64,000 bases of DNA from Bacteroidota bacterium. GTDB taxonomy: Bacteria; Bacteroidota; Bacteroidia; Flavobacteriales; Flavobacteriaceae. Position numbers and translations under genes: made by a program. The notes under the pieces were generated by a model. It did not search any database and was not told where the DNA came from. It saw nothing but the letters and a program-made list of their open reading frames with translations. Below, piece after piece: positions 53,383 through 62,150 of the stretch (position 1 is its first letter; every line of letters starts with the position of its first letter). The stretch is from assembly GCA_038110465.1 (NCBI GenBank), contig JAYNJU010000001.1, forward strand, positions 215,544 through 279,543, written 5' to 3'.

Positions 53383-53916
53383 ATGCCTAAAGAAATACTT
53401 CTAGATTCAAATAAAATTCAAATAATATTATCTAGGTTGGTTTGTCAACTAATTGAGAATCATAAGGACTTTAAAAATACTGTATTAATTGGACTTCAGC
53501 CTAGGGGAGTTTTTTTATTTGATGAAATAATTAAAATTTTCAAAGATAAATATTCAAATCTAGAATTTGAAAGTGGAAAATTAGATATAACATTCTTTAG
53601 AGATGATTTTAGAAGATCTGAGAAAACTTTATCCGCTAATACAACCGATATTAATTTCTCAATTGAAAATAAAAATGTTGTTTTAATAGATGATGTACTC
53701 TTTACTGGAAGGAGTATTAAAGCTGCAATGACTTCAATAGATACCTATGGAAGACCAAATTCTATTGAACTATTGGTTTTAGTTGATCGGAGATTCAAAA
53801 GGGAAATGCCTATTGAACCAAATTATTATGGAGTAAAAATTGATACTTTAATGGGAGATAAAGTTAAAGTAGAGTGGAATAAAGTTGGAAAAAATACTGT
53901 ATTTATAGAGAATTAA
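53383..53916 (+). CDS. pyrR: Bifunctional pyrimidine operon regulator / uracil phosphoribosyltransferase PyrR
   Basis: 177 aa with the PRPP-binding motif VVLIDDVLFTGRSIKAA, directly upstream of pyrB. Confidence 0.9.
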   Translation: MPKEILLDSNKIQIILSRLVCQLIENHKDFKNTVLIGLQPRGVFLFDEIIKIFKDKYSNLEFESGKLDITFFRDDFRRSEKTLSANTTDINFSIENKNVVLIDDVLFTGRSIKAAMTSIDTYGRPNSIELLVLVDRRFKREMPIEPNYYGVKIDTLMGDKVKVEWNKVGKNTVFIEN

Positions 53917-54855
53917 ATGAATAAATTAAGTGTTGACCATTTACTGGGAATTAAGTCATTATCTAAGAATGATATTGAATTTATATTTAAAACTGCAAAT
54001 CATTTTAAAGAAGTAATTAATAGGCCTATCAAAAAAGTTCCTACCTTAAGAGATATTACAATAGCAAATCTTTTCTTTGAAAATAGTACTAGAACTAAAG
54101 TATCTTTTGAATTAGCTCAAAAAAGACTAGGCGCAGATGTAATTAATTTTTCTAGTTCTTCTTCTTCTGTAAAAAAAGGTGAATCATTAATAGACACAGT
54201 TAATAATATTCTTGCCATGAAAGTAGATATGATAGTAATTAGACATCCTAATCCAGGCTCAGCAATACTTTTATCTAAGAATACAGACTCATGTATAATT
54301 AATGCAGGTGATGGTGCTCATGAGCACCCAACTCAGGCTTTATTAGATTCCTTTTCTCTTTATGAAAAATTTGGAGATTTAAAAGGAAAAAACATACTTA
54401 TCATTGGCGATATTCTTCATTCAAGAGTAGCTCTTTCTAATATTTATATTCTAAATATTCTAGGAGCAAATATTAAAATTTCTTGTCCTCTAAGTTTAGT
54501 TCCTAAAGAAATAGAAAGTTTAAATGTTACAATTGAAACTGATATAGATAAAGCCTTGAAATGGAGTGATGCAGTAAATGTATTAAGAGTTCAGAAAGAA
54601 AGAATGATAAAAACTTATTTTCCTAATGATAGAGAATATTCTATGCTTTTTGGCTTGGATTTAAATAGAATAAATAAATTAAAAAAAGATATAGTGATCA
54701 TGCATCCAGGTCCAATAAATAGAGGTGTAGAAATTACCTCTAACATTGTAGATTCTAATAATTCAATAATTTTGGATCAAGTTGAAAATGGAGTAGCTAT
54801 TAGAATGGCAGTGATATACCTACTTGCGTCTAAACTTAATATTTCAATTAAATAA
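53917..54855 (+). CDS. pyrB: Aspartate carbamoyltransferase catalytic subunit
   Basis: 312 aa with carbamoyl-phosphate motif ENSTRTKVSFE, HEHPTQALLD and HPGP. Confidence 0.95.
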   Translation: MNKLSVDHLLGIKSLSKNDIEFIFKTANHFKEVINRPIKKVPTLRDITIANLFFENSTRTKVSFELAQKRLGADVINFSSSSSSVKKGESLIDTVNNILAMKVDMIVIRHPNPGSAILLSKNTDSCIINAGDGAHEHPTQALLDSFSLYEKFGDLKGKNILIIGDILHSRVALSNIYILNILGANIKISCPLSLVPKEIESLNVTIETDIDKALKWSDAVNVLRVQKERMIKTYFPNDREYSMLFGLDLNRINKLKKDIVIMHPGPINRGVEITSNIVDSNNSIILDQVENGVAIRMAVIYLLASKLNISIK

Positions 54856-54857
54856 AA

Positions 54858-55496
54858 ATGAAACTATTCAATTACAGAAAATCTTATGAAAAAGGATCTC
54901 TAAAAGTTGAAGATATTGGAAAAAATCCAATGGATTTCTTTGTTAAGTGGTTCAATCAGGCTGATGAATATAAAGATGTAATTGAACCAAATGCTATGAC
55001 TTTATCTACTATTGGGGATTTAGATTACCCTGAATCAAGAATTGTTCTACTTAAAGAAATAAAAAAAAGAAGTTTAGTATTCTATACTAACTATAATAGT
55101 AATAAAGCTAAATCTATTAAAAAAAATAATAAAGTATGTGCATCATTTTATTGGCCACCACTTGAAAGACAGGTTATTTTTAGAGGAGAAGCACATAAAA
55201 TTGCAGAAAAGGAATCTGATGACTATTTTCAATCAAGGCCATTTGAAAGTCAAGCTAGTGCAATTGTTTCAAATCAAAGTCAAGAAATTTTAAATTACGA
55301 TCAATTACTTGATACACTTGAAAAATTTATTGAATTAAATAAAAATAAAATATTAAAGAGACCAAATAACTGGGGAGGTATAGAAATTTCTATTGATGAA
55401 ATCGAATTTTGGCAAGGGAGAAAGAACAGATTGCATAATAGAATTTTATGTTCATTTTTAAACAATTCCTGGAATTATAAAATCCTGTCCCCTTAA
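54858..55496 (+). CDS. pdxH: Pyridoxamine 5'-phosphate oxidase
   Basis: 212 aa with a typical PdxH C-terminus (IEFWQGRKNRLHNR...LSP). Confidence 0.95.
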   Translation: MKLFNYRKSYEKGSLKVEDIGKNPMDFFVKWFNQADEYKDVIEPNAMTLSTIGDLDYPESRIVLLKEIKKRSLVFYTNYNSNKAKSIKKNNKVCASFYWPPLERQVIFRGEAHKIAEKESDDYFQSRPFESQASAIVSNQSQEILNYDQLLDTLEKFIELNKNKILKRPNNWGGIEISIDEIEFWQGRKNRLHNRILCSFLNNSWNYKILSP

Positions 55497-55984
55497 TGAA
55501 GAATATAATCTTTCTTAGACATTCAAAATCATCTTGGGACTATAATGTTTCTGATATAAATAGACCTTTAAATGAAAGGGGTATTTCAAAGATTAAGAAA
55601 ATATCCTCATCTTCAAAAAAAGAATTTTCTTCTATAGAAATTTTCTACTCTAGTCCAGCAAATAGAGCAATTCACACAGCTATAATTCTTGCAAGAGAAC
55701 TATCTCAAGATTTAAGTAAAATTAAGATTGTAGAAAAACTTTATACTTTTAGTTCAAACGAAGTTTTTGATTTTATTAAAAATATAGATGAAAAATATTC
55801 AAATGTAGCTCTTATCGGTCATAACCCTGCATATACTGAAATTGCAAACCATTTTAATGATAAAAGGATTGATAATTTACCTACCTCAAGATGGTTTTCT
55901 GTAAAATTTGATACGGATTATTGGGCTGATATAATAAATTTAAAACCATTAATCTACATAGATAATATTAATATTGAATACTAA
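55496..55984 (+). CDS. Histidine phosphatase superfamily protein (SixA-like)
   Basis: 162 aa with an N-terminal catalytic RHSKS motif (RHG-type), a second His in the LIGHNP context and SixA-like length. Confidence 0.8.
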   Translation: MKNIIFLRHSKSSWDYNVSDINRPLNERGISKIKKISSSSKKEFSSIEIFYSSPANRAIHTAIILARELSQDLSKIKIVEKLYTFSSNEVFDFIKNIDEKYSNVALIGHNPAYTEIANHFNDKRIDNLPTSRWFSVKFDTDYWADIINLKPLIYIDNINIEY

Positions 55985-58019
55985 ATATATAAATAGAGAA
56001 TTAAGCTGGCTGGACTTCAATGCTAGAGTTTTACAAGAAGCCTCTAATACTGATGTTCCAATCCTTGAAAGACTTAGATTTATTGGAATTTTTTCAAACA
56101 ATTTAGATGAATTTTTTCAAGTTAGATATGCAACTGTTAAAAGAATAGCTGATGAAAATGCTTCTAACAAAAAGAATAAAGAAAATATTTTAGCAAAAAA
56201 GCTTTTGCTTAATATTACTAAAAAAGTAATAAGGCTTCAAAATAAAAGCACATTAATATTAAATTCAATTGAAAAATCACTTCAAAAGGAGAATATTTTT
56301 TTTATTGATGAAAATCAAATTCCATCAAATCAAAAAGAATTTTTGAAAGAATATTTTCTTCAAAAGATAAGCCCTTCATTAGTAACCATAATTCTCTCTA
56401 ATAACAAAATTCATGACTTTAAAGATAACAAGGCGTTTCTAATTGTAAACCTAAAGCTTACAGATTTAGATAATCTATATGCATTGGTTGAATTACCAAA
56501 AAATATAAGCAGATTTGTAGTCCTACCTAAAACTGGAAAAAAACAATATATAATGTTTATTGATGATATTATAAGATATCATCTTAATATAATATTTAGT
56601 CTATTTGATTATCTCTCAATTGAGGCTCATATGCTTAAAATTACTAGAGATGCTGAGCTAGATATTGATGATATTGACCTTTCTAAAAGTTATATTAAAA
56701 AAATTCAAGAAAATGTCAATAAGAGAAAAAATAGTAACCCAGTTAGACTTGTTTATGATAAAAAGATTCCAAAAAGGACTCTTGATTATCTTTTAGAAAA
56801 ACTTAATATTTCTTCTTATGATAGTTTAATTCCAGGAGGAAAATATCACCATAGAAGTGATTATATGAATTTTCCTGATCTAAAAAGAGAATTGCTTTTA
56901 TATAAAAAGAAAAAACCTCTAGATATCAAGAATTTTAATATTGAATCTAATCTACTTGATCAAATTTCGTCTAGAGATTTTTTAATGTATACTCCTTACC
57001 ATTCTTTTTCTTATTTAATATCTCTCCTAAGGCAATCAGCTATTGATCCAAGTGTAACTTCTATAAAAATCACTTTATATAGATTATCTAGCAATTCAAA
57101 TGTAATTAGCTCCCTTATAAATGCTGCAAAAAATGGTAAAAAGGTTTTGGTTCAAATTGAACTTCAAGCAAGATTTGATGAAGAAAATAATATAAAAGTT
57201 TCACAACAACTTAAATCTGCAGGAGTTGAATTAATATTTGGAGTAAAAGGTCTAAAGGTTCACTCTAAAATTTGCTTAATTGAAAGGATTGAAGAGAAAA
57301 AGAAAAAACTATATGGATTTATAAGTACTGGTAATTTTAATGAGACAACTGCTACAATTTATTCTGATTTTACAATTTTTACTTCAAATAATAAGATTTT
57401 AAAAGAAGTAAGAAAAATATTTGAATTTTTACAATCTAATTATAAAATTTTTGAATACCAGCATTTAATAGTTTCTCCCCATCAAACTAAAAATAAATTA
57501 TTTGAATTAATTGATAATGAGATAATTAATGCAAAAAAAGGCATAAAAAGTGAAATAATTCTTAAGCTAAATAGTTTCACTAGTTATAAATTCGTAGATA
57601 AACTTTATGAAGCCAGTAAAAGTGGAGTAAAAGTCAAGTTATTAGTTAGAGGTATTTGTTGTTTAATACCTCAAAAATTAAATCTTAGTGAGAATATTGA
57701 AGTAAAGAGTATAGTTGATAGATACTTAGAGCATTCTAGAGTCTATGTTTTTGAAAATTCAGGAGATAAAAAAGTCTATATTTCTTCTGCAGATTTAATG
57801 ACGAGAAATATTGAAAAAAGAGTTGAAATTGCTTGCCCAATATATCAAATGGATCTAAAAAAGCAAATTTTAGACACACTAGATATTTCCTTAAGTGATA
57901 ATATAAAGACAAGATTGATAAATCATAAGGTTCAAAACATTATGTATAAAGACTCAAAGAAAAAAGTTAGATCTCAGTGGAAAACTTATGATTATTTTAA
58001 AAATATTTTAGATAATTGA
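55974..58019 (+). CDS. ppk1: Polyphosphate kinase 1
   Basis: 681 aa with the N-terminal YINRELSWLDFNARVLQEA hallmark, two PLD-like C-domains (KVHSKICL, EHSRVYVF) and an apparent TTG start. Confidence 0.95.
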   Translation: MNTKYINRELSWLDFNARVLQEASNTDVPILERLRFIGIFSNNLDEFFQVRYATVKRIADENASNKKNKENILAKKLLLNITKKVIRLQNKSTLILNSIEKSLQKENIFFIDENQIPSNQKEFLKEYFLQKISPSLVTIILSNNKIHDFKDNKAFLIVNLKLTDLDNLYALVELPKNISRFVVLPKTGKKQYIMFIDDIIRYHLNIIFSLFDYLSIEAHMLKITRDAELDIDDIDLSKSYIKKIQENVNKRKNSNPVRLVYDKKIPKRTLDYLLEKLNISSYDSLIPGGKYHHRSDYMNFPDLKRELLLYKKKKPLDIKNFNIESNLLDQISSRDFLMYTPYHSFSYLISLLRQSAIDPSVTSIKITLYRLSSNSNVISSLINAAKNGKKVLVQIELQARFDEENNIKVSQQLKSAGVELIFGVKGLKVHSKICLIERIEEKKKKLYGFISTGNFNETTATIYSDFTIFTSNNKILKEVRKIFEFLQSNYKIFEYQHLIVSPHQTKNKLFELIDNEIINAKKGIKSEIILKLNSFTSYKFVDKLYEASKSGVKVKLLVRGICCLIPQKLNLSENIEVKSIVDRYLEHSRVYVFENSGDKKVYISSADLMTRNIEKRVEIACPIYQMDLKKQILDTLDISLSDNIKTRLINHKVQNIMYKDSKKKVRSQWKTYDYFKNILDN

Positions 58020-58912
58020 AAAAAATTGCTGCTATTGATATCGGTTCAAATGCATTAAGAATGTTAATCTGTTATGTTATTCCAGATAACAACATAAATA
58101 TTTTTCAAAAAAATCAGTATATAAGGCTTCCTTTAAGATTGGGTGAAGATTCCTTTAGAGATGGAAAGATCTCAAAAAAGAAAATTGATACACTTTCTAA
58201 TGCCTTAATTTCTTTTAAATATACTATGAAAGTTCATGACGTAAGTGAATATCAAATATATGCCACATCAGCATTGAGAGATTCCAAAAATTCTAAAGAA
58301 GTTATTTCTTTTGTCTATAAATCAACTGGAATGAAAATTAAACTTATTAATGGTGTAAAAGAAGCAAAAGTTATTTCTATGGGAAATCCCATAGAAAAAT
58401 TAGATTTTGATAAAACATATATCTATATGGATGTTGGTGGAGGTAGCACTGAATTCTCAATTGTAGTGAGAGGTGAAAGTAAAAAATCTAAATCATTTGA
58501 CTTAGGTACAGTTAGATTAATTAATAATCTAGTGGATATAAAAGTTTTTGATGATATAAAAAAATGGATTAATTCTAATATAGATGATGATCTAAAAATT
58601 AGGATTCTAGCTTCAGGTGGGAATATTAATAAAATTCATGAAATGACAAGAACTAAGAAAGAAAGTCCTATCTCTTATCTTTCATTAAAAGATCTTTATA
58701 ATTCTTTAAAAGATTTGGATTTTAAAGACAGAATGATCAAATATGATTTAAATCCTGATAGAGCAGATGTAATTTTACCAGCATTAAGGATATTTATTTC
58801 AACTATGGAGTGCACTAAATCAAATAAGTTGTTTGTTCCCCAGGTCGATTTAGTAGATGGAATGATTAATGAGATCTTCCATCTAAAGAATGGTGAAAAA
58901 TTAGATTCTTAA
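58016..58912 (+). CDS. ppx: Exopolyphosphatase (Ppx/GppA family, short form)
   Basis: 298 aa ASKHA-fold protein with N-terminus AAIDIGSNALRM and DVGGGSTEF. An apparent TTG start overlaps the ppk1 stop. Confidence 0.9.
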   Translation: MKKIAAIDIGSNALRMLICYVIPDNNINIFQKNQYIRLPLRLGEDSFRDGKISKKKIDTLSNALISFKYTMKVHDVSEYQIYATSALRDSKNSKEVISFVYKSTGMKIKLINGVKEAKVISMGNPIEKLDFDKTYIYMDVGGGSTEFSIVVRGESKKSKSFDLGTVRLINNLVDIKVFDDIKKWINSNIDDDLKIRILASGGNINKIHEMTRTKKESPISYLSLKDLYNSLKDLDFKDRMIKYDLNPDRADVILPALRIFISTMECTKSNKLFVPQVDLVDGMINEIFHLKNGEKLDS

Positions 58913-60511
58913 TTTAAATTCTTCAATTAATTTTGAAATATTCTTGTTACTTTTTTTCATAAATTCAAGTTTTTCATGACTATCAAAATAAGTTTTTTTC
59001 GATTGAGATTTACTTAAGAAAACTTCAACATTAATACTAAAATTGTTTAACTCTTTAGATATAAAAGTCTCAATATTACTTTTATATGATTTTAGTTCTT
59101 TTAAATTCATTTCATTTACAGTAGATATTTTAATAGTATTATTGTCAATGATTGGATTTCCCATATTTAAAAGAGATAACATATTATTGTTACCATTATC
59201 TTTTTCAATATCACAGAATTTATTCCAAGCATTTAATAAATCATTTTCAGTATAATTCTCATTAGGTAATTCTTTATTCTCTATGTAATTTTCAAAAGCT
59301 GTTTTTTTCTTAAAGTCTATACTAGCTAATGATAATAAAGAAACCTCTTTTATAGGTTTAACTTCAAACAACTTATCATCTTTGACCTCTATAAGTTCAT
59401 CTAAAGATTGATCATCTTTTTTTGATTGAGATTTACTGTAAGATGTACTAATTAGTGAGTTTTTTTTTTTAAGGCTTTCTATAGAAGCTAATTTAATTAA
59501 GCATACTTCTGTGTGGATTCTTTTATCATTTACTTTTTGGTAGTTAATTACTGAATCATTAATAATATCAATCATATAAATTAAATCTTCATCAGAAAAA
59601 ATACTTGATAACTCACTATATCTTTTTGAAAGATCTCCTTTTACATTTGAAATTTGATTATTATCAAATTTATTTAATAACAATTCTCTTAGATGTCTTG
59701 ATAAACCATTCAAGAAATTTAGGTCATCAAAACCTTTTGAATATATATCGTTATATAAGTAAAGAATTTCAGGAATATTTTTTTTGTTGATTAGTTCAGT
59801 TAATTCAAAATATATATCAAAGTCAATAATATTAAGGTTCGATGTTACTTCTTCAATATTAAGATTTGAGTTAGTAAAGCTTACAAGTCTATCAAAAATT
59901 GATAATGAATCTCTTATTGAACCATCTGATTTTTCAGCGATAAGCATCAATGAGTTCTGATCATATTTTACATCTTTTTCAGAACATATTTTAGATAACA
60001 AGCCAACAATAGAATTATTATCAACTTTTTTAAAATCATAGATTTGACATCTAGATAATATTGTTGGAATTATTTTGTTTTTTTCAGTTGTTGCTAAAAT
60101 AAATACAACATGTTTAGGAGGTTCTTCTAGTGATTTTAGAAAAGCATTAAAGGCTGCATTTGACAACATATGAACTTCATCAATTATATATACTTTATAT
60201 TTTCCAAATTGAGGAGGAATTCTAATTTGATCAGTTATATTCCTAATATCTTCAACAGAGTTATTAGAAGCAGCATCAAGCTCAAAAATATTATATTCAT
60301 AATTTTCAGTTAAATTATTTATTTTCTTAGCTAAAATTCTTGCGCAGGAAGTTTTTCCAACTCCTCTAGGCCCACAGAATAAAAGAGCTTGGGGAATATT
60401 CTGATTTTCAATTGCATTTGATAAAGTTTTAACTATAGCATCTTGTCCTATTACATCTTTGAATTCTTGAGGTCTGTATTCTGATGCTGTTGATAATGAT
60501 GAATTTTCCAT
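58901..60511 (-). CDS. dnaX: DNA polymerase III subunit gamma/tau
   Basis: 536 aa with Walker A GPRGVGKTS, Walker B IIDEVHMLS and sensor SRCQ. The low-complexity C-terminal half contains an A11 tract at codons 348 to 351. Confidence 0.95.
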   Translation of the reverse strand: MENSSLSTASEYRPQEFKDVIGQDAIVKTLSNAIENQNIPQALLFCGPRGVGKTSCARILAKKINNLTENYEYNIFELDAASNNSVEDIRNITDQIRIPPQFGKYKVYIIDEVHMLSNAAFNAFLKSLEEPPKHVVFILATTEKNKIIPTILSRCQIYDFKKVDNNSIVGLLSKICSEKDVKYDQNSLMLIAEKSDGSIRDSLSIFDRLVSFTNSNLNIEEVTSNLNIIDFDIYFELTELINKKNIPEILYLYNDIYSKGFDDLNFLNGLSRHLRELLLNKFDNNQISNVKGDLSKRYSELSSIFSDEDLIYMIDIINDSVINYQKVNDKRIHTEVCLIKLASIESLKKKNSLISTSYSKSQSKKDDQSLDELIEVKDDKLFEVKPIKEVSLLSLASIDFKKKTAFENYIENKELPNENYTENDLLNAWNKFCDIEKDNGNNNMLSLLNMGNPIIDNNTIKISTVNEMNLKELKSYKSNIETFISKELNNFSINVEVFLSKSQSKKTYFDSHEKLEFMKKSNKNISKLIEEFKLRI

Positions 60512-60516
60512 TACCT

Positions 60517-60524
60517 CAAATATA
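60517..60524 (-). promoter_or_regulatory. Candidate -7 promoter box (TATATTTG on the minus strand) immediately upstream of dnaX
   Basis: Plus-strand CAAATATA, only 5 nt from the dnaX ATG (60511). Confidence 0.25.
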
Positions 60525-60585
60525 AAAATTGAAAAAAAAAATGTGCAAATTCACACTCTTTTTTTATCAAATTTATTAACATTAT

Positions 60586-60593
60586 TATCTTTG
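60586..60593 (+). promoter_or_regulatory. Candidate -7 promoter box (TATCTTTG) for rnpB
   Basis: Exact TAnnTTTG match ending 4 nt before the first nucleotide of the predicted P1 helix. Confidence 0.4.
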
Positions 60594-60597
60594 TTCT

Positions 60598-60877
60598 GCA
60601 AGCCGTCTTATCGCTGATATTTTCAGAGGAAAGTCCGGACACCGTAGAGCAGCACAACGGGTAACACCCGTCATCTTTTTGATAGGAAAAGTGCAACAGA
60701 AAGTAAGTACAGGTAATGCTGTAGTGGAATCATGTAAACTCTGTGTGGTGAAACGCCAAGTAAATCTACAATTTAAAATTGCTCGTTTTATGTAGAAGGG
60801 TAGGCGGTATGAATATAATAGTAATATTATATCTAGATAAATGATAAGACTAGACAGAATCCGGCTTATAGGCTTGC
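60598..60877 (+). ncRNA. rnpB: RNase P RNA, bacterial type A, compact (about 280 nt)
   Basis: Universal CR-I GAGGAAAGTCCGGAC and CR-V ACAGAATCCGGCTTATA are present. P1 (GCAAGCC/GGCTTGC) and P2 (GTCTTATC/GATAAGAC) pair perfectly. A GTGCAACAGAAAG junction and a P18-like 8-bp hairpin with a GTAA tetraloop (ATATAATA-GTAA-TATTATAT) are also present. The region is locally GC-richer than its surroundings. Confidence 0.92.
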
Positions 60878-61411
60878 TTTTTTAATAAAAGTTAATGATG
60901 AAGAACCATAATTTCTTACTTCATTTTCCTCATTAATTTCATTTATTGAAATATTTGACCTATGTTCAATTATTAAGACTCCTTCTTCTTTAAGACTTTC
61001 ATTTTCTTTAACAAGTTTGATAAACTCTAAATACTCTTGATGATTGAAACTGTATGGAGGATCAGCAAATATGATATCATATTTTTTGATATTTTTTTTA
61101 AAATAGAGTCTATAATCAATCTTTATACTATTGATATTGAAGTTAAGTTCCTTTGATTTTTTATTTATGAAGTTTATACAACTATGATTATTATCTATTG
61201 AATCTACTTCAAGGCATCCTCTAGAGCTAAATTCATAAGATAAATTTCCTGTTCCAGAAAAAACATCTAAAACAGCACAATTTTTATAGTCATACCTATT
61301 ACTAATTATATTAAAAAGAGACTCCTTAACCTTATCAGTAGTAGGTCTTACAGGTAGATTTTTTGGAGCATTTATTAAGATACTTTTTTTAGATCCTGAT
61401 ATAATTCTCAT
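60866..61411 (-). CDS. rsmD: 16S rRNA (guanine966-N2)-methyltransferase RsmD
   Basis: 181 aa with an MRIISGSKK N-terminus, SAM motif DVFSGTGNLS and catalytic FADPPY. Confidence 0.9.
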   Translation of the reverse strand: MRIISGSKKSILINAPKNLPVRPTTDKVKESLFNIISNRYDYKNCAVLDVFSGTGNLSYEFSSRGCLEVDSIDNNHSCINFINKKSKELNFNINSIKIDYRLYFKKNIKKYDIIFADPPYSFNHQEYLEFIKLVKENESLKEEGVLIIEHRSNISINEINEENEVRNYGSSSLTFIKKASL

Positions 61412-62150
61412 TCAAAATTGGAAATATTTGCTCTTCATTTAAGTCATCAAGAATAAACTCAATTTTATTATATTTTGAAACTAGTTCATAATAATCTATA
61501 TAGTCCTCAAAATTACCTATGAAAATAATTTCATTTGATTTTTCTTGACCTTCAAAATTTTTAATAACAAAAAATAAATAGTATAAAAATTCATTTTCGT
61601 TATTTATCTTAAAATTGTTAAAAAGTATAAGTTCATTTGATTTAGTTACAAATACATCAAACGAATTTTTATGAAAATTGATGTAGAACTTAATATAACT
61701 TTGATTTGAATTATTATTTATGATAAAATCATATAATTGAGTAAAATAATTCTTTTGGTTAAAAATAATTTTTTCTTTTTTAAAAAGATTGGAATCAATA
61801 AAATCATTATAAGAGTATACTATTTTTAATTTATTATCAAATGAATTATCAAATAGAGTGTTTTCACCTTTAATAATATTGGTTTCAAGGTATTTGTCTA
61901 AGGAATTTTCATCGAAAAATTCAAATGGAACAATGGATGGTACGCTGTCAAAATATATCAGATCTAAATCTTTTTGTTTATTAGATTTAAGAATATTTAA
62001 TATAGTTGTATTTAAATTTTGATTATTTAAATCAACTTTTATGAACTTATCACTAGAATATAGGTATATACTAGATTCAAAATGTAATAATATATTTTTT
62101 TGAATATTATTGATCTTTTTTGGTATCAAATATGGATGGCCAATTACCAT
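61389..62150 (-). CDS. Hypothetical protein (possibly the DUF3822-type protein usually found upstream of rsmD in Bacteroidota; this is from memory and not verifiable here)
   Basis: 253-aa ORF overlapping rsmD by 23 nt, with no recognisable motifs. The start is uncertain: the ATG at 62150 overlaps the upstream gene by 44 nt, and a TTG at 62129 is an alternative. Confidence 0.55.
   Translation of the reverse strand: MVIGHPYLIPKKINNIQKNILLHFESSIYLYSSDKFIKVDLNNQNLNTTILNILKSNKQKDLDLIYFDSVPSIVPFEFFDENSLDKYLETNIIKGENTLFDNSFDNKLKIVYSYNDFIDSNLFKKEKIIFNQKNYFTQLYDFIINNNSNQSYIKFYINFHKNSFDVFVTKSNELILFNNFKINNENEFLYYLFFVIKNFEGQEKSNEIIFIGNFEDYIDYYELVSKYNKIEFILDDLNEEQIFPILNENYIRI

Noticed and set aside
60511-60696. 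61-aa minus-strand ORF between dnaX and rsmD
   Set aside because: It lies on top of the RNase P RNA gene. The open frame is a by-product of the locally GC-richer structured RNA, and the peptide (MHFSYQKDDGCYPLCCSTVSGLSS...) has no protein-like features.
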